Shown here one piece after another: positions 27,304 through 32,000 of a stretch of DNA of 32,000 nucleotides (within the stretch, counting starts at the first letter, position 1; each line of letters opens with the position of its first letter). A program made the translations under genes and the position numbers. The notes beneath the pieces are model-generated. The model did no database searches, had not been told where the DNA came from, and saw only the letters and a program-made list of their open reading frames with translations. This DNA comes from an uncultured Anaerofustis sp. GTDB lineage: Bacteria > Bacillota > Clostridia > Eubacteriales > Anaerofustaceae. The stretch lies in contig OY771429.1 of the NCBI GenBank assembly GCA_963674555.1, positions 1,311,845 to 1,343,844 of the forward strand. The letters run 5' to 3'.

Positions 27304-28083
27304 TTATTTTTCGTTTAAAAATTGCTCAAGGATATCCCTGTTATTTTGCTTAATTTCAGATGCTTGTACTATCCCGCTTTTAGCTATATGTTTCATTACG
27401 ATTTTTTTTATCAGTTCAATAAATTCGCTTGATGCACCTGGTGAACAGATTATTTTTTTAATGAAAAGGAGATTTTTAAGTAAGGTACGATGCATGTTTT
27501 TTGTAAGAATAGGATGATGGTACATGACAATTCTGAACTCATTTTCATTTATGAAATACTTACTTTTCCCGAATGCTTTCATATGAACAGAATTCATTTG
27601 ATTGCAATAATCATAATCTATTTTCCCATAAATATACTTTACACTTTCATACTCATTTTCATAGCACTTTGTTTCTAATGCGTTTAATAAATCCTCAACT
27701 GTAGTTAATAGTAAGATTCCTTCATCAAAATTCGTATAGTTTTTCCACATTAAATAGGATTCATTTTCATGTATAGTCCAGCAAGATGCATAATAACACT
27801 CAATAGTTTTTAAAATATTACTTTTTCTTGATTGTGCATATTCATAATTTACGTTAACTTCGGATGCTTTCAAGGAATCAATTATTTCTTTATATTGAGG
27901 AACTCCTTCAGCCTTATCTTCAAATTCTGATATTTTTTTAAAACATAATTCTGAAGTTTCTAGCATATTTAAAAACCCCGAAAAAGTAAAATAGCGACCA
28001 ATCACTAGCGACCTGAGTTCAAATGGAATTTCTCTGGTTAGAGTTGAAATATGTAGAGGTTTGTTCTGTTCCCAACAATTCAT
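27304..28083 (-). CDS. Hypothetical protein, DUF2971-like by motif pattern
   Basis: 259 aa. The motif order FKKISEFEDKAEG / YYASCWTIHENESYLMWKNY / VKYIYGKIDY / KSKYFINENEFRIV resembles DUF2971. G+C is much lower than in neighbours and there is no GATC. The SD AAGGAG (28103-28098) is 14 nt from the ATG, with a 2-codon mini-ORF in between. Confidence 0.55.
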   Translation of the reverse strand: MNCWEQNKPLHISTLTREIPFELRSLVIGRYFTFSGFLNMLETSELCFKKISEFEDKAEGVPQYKEIIDSLKASEVNVNYEYAQSRKSNILKTIECYYASCWTIHENESYLMWKNYTNFDEGILLLTTVEDLLNALETKCYENEYESVKYIYGKIDYDYCNQMNSVHMKAFGKSKYFINENEFRIVMYHHPILTKNMHRTLLKNLLFIKKIICSPGASSEFIELIKKIVMKHIAKSGIVQASEIKQNNRDILEQFLNEK

Positions 28084-28198
28084 CTTAATTCATAAATCTC
28101 CTTAACATATTTAGTATATTTATCGCCATAAAAAACAGATGATTTTCTGCTTTGTTATTGAATGAAAGTACTTTTGAAAAAGTCTTGATTTACTTTAA

Positions 28199-28227
28199 AT
28201 TATACGTTTAAGACCGTGAACTGTCAA
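28199..28227 (-). promoter_or_regulatory. Perfect consensus sigma-A promoter driving the DUF2971-like gene
   Basis: On the minus strand: TTGACA (28227-28222), exactly 17 nt of spacer, TATAAT (28204-28199). It lies about 115 nt upstream of the ATG at 28083. Confidence 0.7.
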
Positions 28228-28301
28228 TTGAAAATCGGTTGGATGATCCAAAATTAGGCGCATCTAAATTTTAAATAAATCAAAAAATATTCATAAATCA
28301 A

Positions 28302-28330
28302 TGGAAAAGTCATCATAAAAATGCTATAAT
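28302..28330 (+). promoter_or_regulatory. Candidate promoter of the mrp operon
   Basis: TATAAT (28325-28330) preceded by a TG extended -10 element (28322-28323). The -35 is weak: TGGAAA (28302-28307). Confidence 0.4.
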
Positions 28331-28359
28331 GATATCAATTAAAACAACCTGTTCCTCAA

Positions 28360-28887
28360 ATGATGCACACCTTCATCTGCTTGAAAGGAGCTGATTTTAT
28401 CAACAGACTGCTTTATTATTCACAACTCGTTTTATTTTTTTCTCTTTTTTGGATCGCTTTGTTTGAGCGGTTCACGCTTAGCGTGATCATATCTGCGCCT
28501 TTTGTTGGGATCATTTCACTGTATCTTTCCGAGAAGTTCTTACAAAAAAACAGTTTCTATGAGCAATACCCTTTTTGTTTTTTCCGTGCGCTTCAATACG
28601 GCGTTTTTTTGTTGTTTCAAATCATCAGATCCGCTTTTATGCTCATCCCTATTATTTTCTCCGGCAAGGCTGATCCGAAGATCATCGAGATATCCACATC
28701 GCTTAATTCCGATTTCTTGATCTCGGTACTTGCGAATTCCATCACGCTTACACCGGGGACGATTACCGTTGACGTACGCGGGCAAAAATTATGGGTGCTG
28801 TGGGTCGCACCAAAAACGCTGGATACGACCCTTGCGGGAGAAATGATCAAAGGAGCATTGGAAAAAAGATTGGAGAGAGGGCTATGA
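28360..28887 (+). CDS. mrpE: Mrp/Mnh cation:proton antiporter subunit E (MbhA-like)
   Basis: 175 aa. Two N-terminal TM segments and the motif LANSITLTPGTITVDV typical of MnhE. The start is uncertain: the ATG at 28360 lacks an RBS, and a strong AAAGGAG at 28384-28390 is followed in frame only by non-canonical codons (ATC 28399, CTG 28408). Confidence 0.75.
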   Translation: MMHTFICLKGADFINRLLYYSQLVLFFSLFWIALFERFTLSVIISAPFVGIISLYLSEKFLQKNSFYEQYPFCFFRALQYGVFLLFQIIRSAFMLIPIIFSGKADPKIIEISTSLNSDFLISVLANSITLTPGTITVDVRGQKLWVLWVAPKTLDTTLAGEMIKGALEKRLERGL

Positions 28888-29135
28888 ATTATATTTTATA
28901 CGCATTGGTCATATTGATAGCGATAAGTGTTCTGCGTATCTTGCTCGGTCCCGGTCTGTGGGATCGGTTGCTCGGTTTTAACTTAGTCACATCAAAACTC
29001 ATCATGCTTATCGTTCTTATAGCCTCTCTGCGCGGTGAAAGCTTTTTACTTGATATTGCATTGGTCTATGCACTTTTAAGCTTTTCGGGCGTGATCTTTT
29101 TCTCGGTATATTTACAAAGAAAGGGGCGTTATTAA
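28884..29135 (+). CDS. mrpF: Mrp/Mnh antiporter subunit F (MbhB-like)
   Basis: 83 aa. MNYILYALVILIAISVLRILLGPGLWDRLLGFN is typical of MnhF. ATGA start/stop overlap with mrpE. The ORF-track N-terminal extension from 28791 is rejected. Confidence 0.85.
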   Translation: MNYILYALVILIAISVLRILLGPGLWDRLLGFNLVTSKLIMLIVLIASLRGESFLLDIALVYALLSFSGVIFFSVYLQRKGRY

Positions 29136-29428
29136 TGTGGTATTTGATCGGATTGATCGTTATCGTTATCGGAATGATCTTCGTCAGCATCGGAACATTC
29201 GGTGTAAATCGATTTAAAAATTTTTACTACCGCGCGCTTGTAGCGGCGCAGATCGATACGGTCGGTTATTCGGTCTTGCTCTGCGGTGTGATGATACAAA
29301 ACGGGTTCTCTTTCTTTACGTTGAAAGTCTTGTTTATCCTTATCATTACGTTGATCATCAACCCGTTGGTAACGCATTCCGTTACGCGTTCGGCATTTTA
29401 CAGCGGATATAAGATAGGGAGGGAATAG
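29135..29428 (+). CDS. mrpG: Mrp/Mnh antiporter subunit G (MbhC-like)
   Basis: 97 aa. GTFGVNRFKNFYYRALVAAQIDTVG fits the MnhG motif (G..R.pd.y.R.h...k....G). The start overlaps the mrpF stop. Confidence 0.85.
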   Translation: MWYLIGLIVIVIGMIFVSIGTFGVNRFKNFYYRALVAAQIDTVGYSVLLCGVMIQNGFSFFTLKVLFILIITLIINPLVTHSVTRSAFYSGYKIGRE

Positions 29429-29430
29429 AT

Positions 29431-29973
29431 ATGCTCAAATTGATTTTAATACTCCTTGTCATCACAGCGATCTTTGCCGTACAGACGAGAAGATTACGAC
29501 GATCGATCGTCTTTCTCGGCGTATTTTCGCTGAGTATCTCATTTGCGTATATGCTCTATCAAGCACCGGATGTCGCGGTTGCGGAAGCCGTGATCGGTTG
29601 TACGATATCCGTTATTCTTTTCGTTGTCGCATTACAACAATATAAGCTCTTTACGATCTATTATGTGCGCGATCATGAACGTTTGGGCGTAAGTTCGTTT
29701 TTGCCTGTTGACCAAAGCAGACTGATAAGAGTGCTTGAGAAATTTTGCGCTAAGCAAGAGCTTGAACCGCAGATCATATATTCGGATGAAATGCTCAAAG
29801 ATATCATCAACACACATCCGTACGCCTTGATCATCGAAGAACGAAAGAACGAGCTTATGATCTACGGTCATCCTGAAAATTATAAACTTGACGCGTTAGA
29901 AACCTTTTTGCAAGAAGATTCACAGTTTGATCACCCCTATCGTATCGTTAAAGTAGAGGAGATGATCTTATGA
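29431..29973 (+). CDS. DUF4040 (MrpA-C-terminal/MnhB-related, MbhD-like) membrane subunit with a roughly 110-aa soluble C-terminal extension
   Basis: 180 aa. The first ~70 aa form two to three TM segments with the YQAPDVAVAEAVIG motif typical of DUF4040. The remainder (YYVRDHERLG...RIVKVEEMIL) is hydrophilic. Confidence 0.7.
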   Translation: MLKLILILLVITAIFAVQTRRLRRSIVFLGVFSLSISFAYMLYQAPDVAVAEAVIGCTISVILFVVALQQYKLFTIYYVRDHERLGVSSFLPVDQSRLIRVLEKFCAKQELEPQIIYSDEMLKDIINTHPYALIIEERKNELMIYGHPENYKLDALETFLQEDSQFDHPYRIVKVEEMIL

Positions 29974-30239
29974 GGCGCGCGATCATAGCAATCTTCGTAT
30001 TGATCATCTGTGTGGTTTTTTTGATCGGTGCGAATGATATCGAACCTGTTTCGGTCGGCCCGATGGCATCATATTATGTCGCAAATGCTTATCAAGAAAC
30101 GGGTGCGGAAAACGCGATAACATCGATCTATTTATATTACCGTTATTACGACACGATGTTTGAGACGATGATGTTACTGCTCAGTATCATCGGCGTGATC
30201 TATATGTCTGTGCATAAAGGAGAAGAATACGATGGATGA
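29970..30239 (+). CDS. Small MnhB-related subunit (MbhE-like)
   Basis: 89 aa. ETGAENAITSIYLYYRYYDTMFETMMLL matches the N-terminal MnhB motif (tGa.N.Vt.Il.d.RgyDT.gE). Start and stop overlap the neighbouring genes. Confidence 0.7.
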   Translation: MRRAIIAIFVLIICVVFLIGANDIEPVSVGPMASYYVANAYQETGAENAITSIYLYYRYYDTMFETMMLLLSIIGVIYMSVHKGEEYDG

Positions 30240-30618
30240 ACGTTCAAAATTGCTTTCAAACGCATTGGGCTTCATGTTCCCGTTGATCATCATCTTCGGT
30301 GTCTATATGATATTAAACGGTCATGTTTCACCGGGGGGAGGATTTCAGGGCGGAACGATATTAGCGTCCGTGTTTATTTGCAGATATCTTATCGACTCTG
30401 CGGACAGCATTTCACTTAAAAAGATACAAGCCGCGGAAAAGACTGCATTGTTTTTTATCATTTTCTTGGCAGTCGGGTATGTGGGCATTTTCTTAAACGC
30501 TCGCATGGATCCCATGCATGTTTACTATTTTTATGTCATGAACTGTTTGATCGGGTTGGAAGTCGCTTGCGGCATGACGATCTTGTTTTACAGGTTCGTA
30601 TTGTATGAATCGAGGTGA
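30232..30618 (+). CDS. mrpB: Mrp/Mnh antiporter subunit B core (MbhF-like)
   Basis: 128 aa. GHVSPGGGFQGG motif characteristic of MnhB. Four TM segments. Confidence 0.8.
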   Translation: MDERSKLLSNALGFMFPLIIIFGVYMILNGHVSPGGGFQGGTILASVFICRYLIDSADSISLKKIQAAEKTALFFIIFLAVGYVGIFLNARMDPMHVYYFYVMNCLIGLEVACGMTILFYRFVLYESR

Positions 30619-30624
30619 GGTGTA

Positions 30625-30996
30625 GTGTTGTACAAAATATACGACGCGATCAACGCGGAAAATATCAGCATCATATTATTTTTTATCGGCGTTTACGGCT
30701 TATGCGCGCGTCGAAATATCTTAAAATCGATCATTAGCCTCAGCCTCATGCAAGCGGCGATCATACTGTTTTTTGTATCTATAAATCATTCAACAGATAC
30801 GACAGTACCGATCGGTTCGGAGCTTGCGTCGATGCCCGCAGTCGCAGACCCGCTTCCTCAGGCGCTTATGATAACGGCTGTGGTGGTCGGTGTTTCCGTT
30901 ACTGCGCTCAGCCTTACCATGTTTATCACGCTGTATCACAAATACGGGACGACGAACTGGGGTAAAGTACACAAAAAGAGAGAGGAGATACATTAA
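30625..30996 (+). CDS. mrpC: Mrp/Mnh antiporter subunit C (NuoK-like, MbhG-like)
   Basis: 123 aa. GTG start after RBS GAGGTGAGG. GLCARRNILKSIISLSLMQAAIILFF is typical of MnhC/NuoK. Confidence 0.85.
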   Translation: MLYKIYDAINAENISIILFFIGVYGLCARRNILKSIISLSLMQAAIILFFVSINHSTDTTVPIGSELASMPAVADPLPQALMITAVVVGVSVTALSLTMFITLYHKYGTTNWGKVHKKREEIH

Positions 30997-32000
30997 TGCC
31001 TCGCTTATTGCTGCTTGTAATGCTGCCGATCCTTTGCGGATTGATCCTTTATATTGTACAAACGCGTTTGACAAAGGCCTTTACGATCACCGTACAGATC
31101 TATTTGTTGCTCATCAGCATTGTTTTTGCTTTTCAATTAAATGGCGGGATGATCGATGAAGCATTGATATCTTCTCCGCTTCCGTACGGTATGATACTGC
31201 GGTTGGATATGCTTTCAGCGGTAATGGTCATATTAAACAATTTTCTTTTTATGGCAATGGTCGTTTTCAGCATGCGAAGAAGTTATATGAATCGTTTGTT
31301 TACTTTTTTATTTTTAAGTTTACAGGGGCTTATAAATGCGGTGTTTTTATCGGCTGATATCTTTAACGTGTATATCGTTCTTGAAGTTGCTACTGTCGCG
31401 GTAAGTGTGTTGATCATGTTTAAAAAAGACAGCCAATCGATGTATGACGGGATGGTCTATTTGCTCGTTAATATGGTCGCTATGGCATTCTTTTTGTTCG
31501 GTATCGGCTATTTGTATAAACAATTCGGTGTTTTGGATTTCGACAGTATCAAAGCGCAGATCGATCTTCTTGGTGGCGGAAAATCGTTGTATTTGCCGTT
31601 CTCGTTGCTACTCACGGGTGTCGGCTTGAAAGCGGCGCTTATGCCGCTGTTCAGTTGGCTACCGAAAGCGCATGGCACACCGAGCGCGCCTTCAGCGGTA
31701 TCCGCTATCCTCTCAGGTATTTTTGTTAAGATCGGTATCTATTTGATCGTACGCATGCAATTTATTTTTCAAAACGCGATCAATGTCGATTCACTGCTTT
31801 TGGTCATGGGTTTCCTTACGGCGATCTTAGGGTTTGTTTTTGCCATATCGCAAAATGACATCAAATTGATCCTTGCCTATCACACAGTTTCCCAGATCGG
31901 ATTGATCTTAATAGGGGTCAGCGGAGCGTTGGATTTCAATCGCCTGGGTGGTATCTATCACCTATTGGCACACGGGTTGTTCAAGGCCGCGTTATTTTTG
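30996..32000 (+). CDS. mrpD: Mrp/Mnh antiporter subunit D (NuoL/M/N-like proton-translocating subunit, MbhH-like), 3'-truncated by the window edge
   Basis: My own translation from the ATG at 30996 (TAATG overlap with the mrpC stop) is open to base 32000, giving 335 codons. It contains LKAALMPLFSWLPKAHGTPSAPSAVSAILSG and LAYHTVSQIG, typical of the NuoL/M/N-MrpD family. It is absent from the ORF track because it has no stop in the window. Confidence 0.85.
   Translation, partial: MPRLLLLVMLPILCGLILYIVQTRLTKAFTITVQIYLLLISIVFAFQLNGGMIDEALISSPLPYGMILRLDMLSAVMVILNNFLFMAMVVFSMRRSYMNRLFTFLFLSLQGLINAVFLSADIFNVYIVLEVATVAVSVLIMFKKDSQSMYDGMVYLLVNMVAMAFFLFGIGYLYKQFGVLDFDSIKAQIDLLGGGKSLYLPFSLLLTGVGLKAALMPLFSWLPKAHGTPSAPSAVSAILSGIFVKIGIYLIVRMQFIFQNAINVDSLLLVMGFLTAILGFVFAISQNDIKLILAYHTVSQIGLILIGVSGALDFNRLGGIYHLLAHGLFKAALFL

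Larger units (their letters stand above)
27288..28244. other. AT-rich, GATC-free compositional island (probable horizontally acquired insert)
   Basis: There is no GATC between the sites at 27284-27287 and 28245-28248. Hand-counted lines are about 23-27% G+C inside versus about 43% in a typical flanking line. Confidence 0.6.

Noticed and set aside
27233-28359. Target-site duplications or inverted repeats bounding the AT-rich island
   Set aside because: Comparing the left flank (27233-27303) with the right flank (28084-28359) gave only 6-7-nt chance matches such as ATGAAAG. No att-like or IR structure can be supported.
1-32000. CRISPR arrays, tRNA/rRNA genes, IS elements, integrases, toxin-antitoxin pairs
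   Set aside because: I found no regularly spaced direct repeats. No cloverleaf-like or rRNA-like conserved stretches appear in the intergenic regions. No ORF has transposase, recombinase or typical toxin-antitoxin motifs.

Overview
32-kb chromosomal segment from a low-GC, Gram-positive-type (Bacillota-like) bacterium. It has AGGAGG-type ribosome-binding sites, TTGACA/TATAAT sigma-A-type promoters and the standard genetic code. I cannot place the organism more precisely. I can support 35 protein-coding genes and found no rRNA, tRNA, CRISPR array, transposase or integrase. Gene order, left to right: (1) 3' part of a trehalose-6-P synthase/phosphatase fusion; (2) marR plus a MATE efflux pair; (3) the Bacillus-type divergent acsA / acuABC acetate-acetoin module; (4) an ABC exporter; (5) a tandem-DUF1566 lipoprotein; (6) a CaCA antiporter, a flavodoxin-family protein, a VOC/glyoxalase and two membrane proteins; (7) a SnoaL-like / SDR / CrtI-RetSat-like oxidoreductase group; (8) an aldo-keto reductase with a ferredoxin tail; (9) larC-larE-larB (nickel-pincer nucleotide cofactor synthesis) run together with a D-2-hydroxyacid dehydrogenase and an amino-acid ABC importer, with no larA in the window; (10) a cytoplasmic 5'-nucleotidase; (11) an AT-rich, GATC-free single-gene island encoding a DUF2971-like protein behind a perfect consensus promoter; (12) an Mbh-type-ordered Mrp cation/proton antiporter operon (E-F-G-DUF4040-B-B-C-D) that runs off the right edge. 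The window as a whole is strongly enriched in GATC/CGATCG, which makes the foreign island easy to see. Most of the window is ordinary housekeeping or accessory metabolism. The items most worth following up are the larA-less lar operon and its neighbours, the DUF2971-like island, the GATC bias, and the atypical Mrp subunit. All family assignments come from motif recognition by eye, not database searches.
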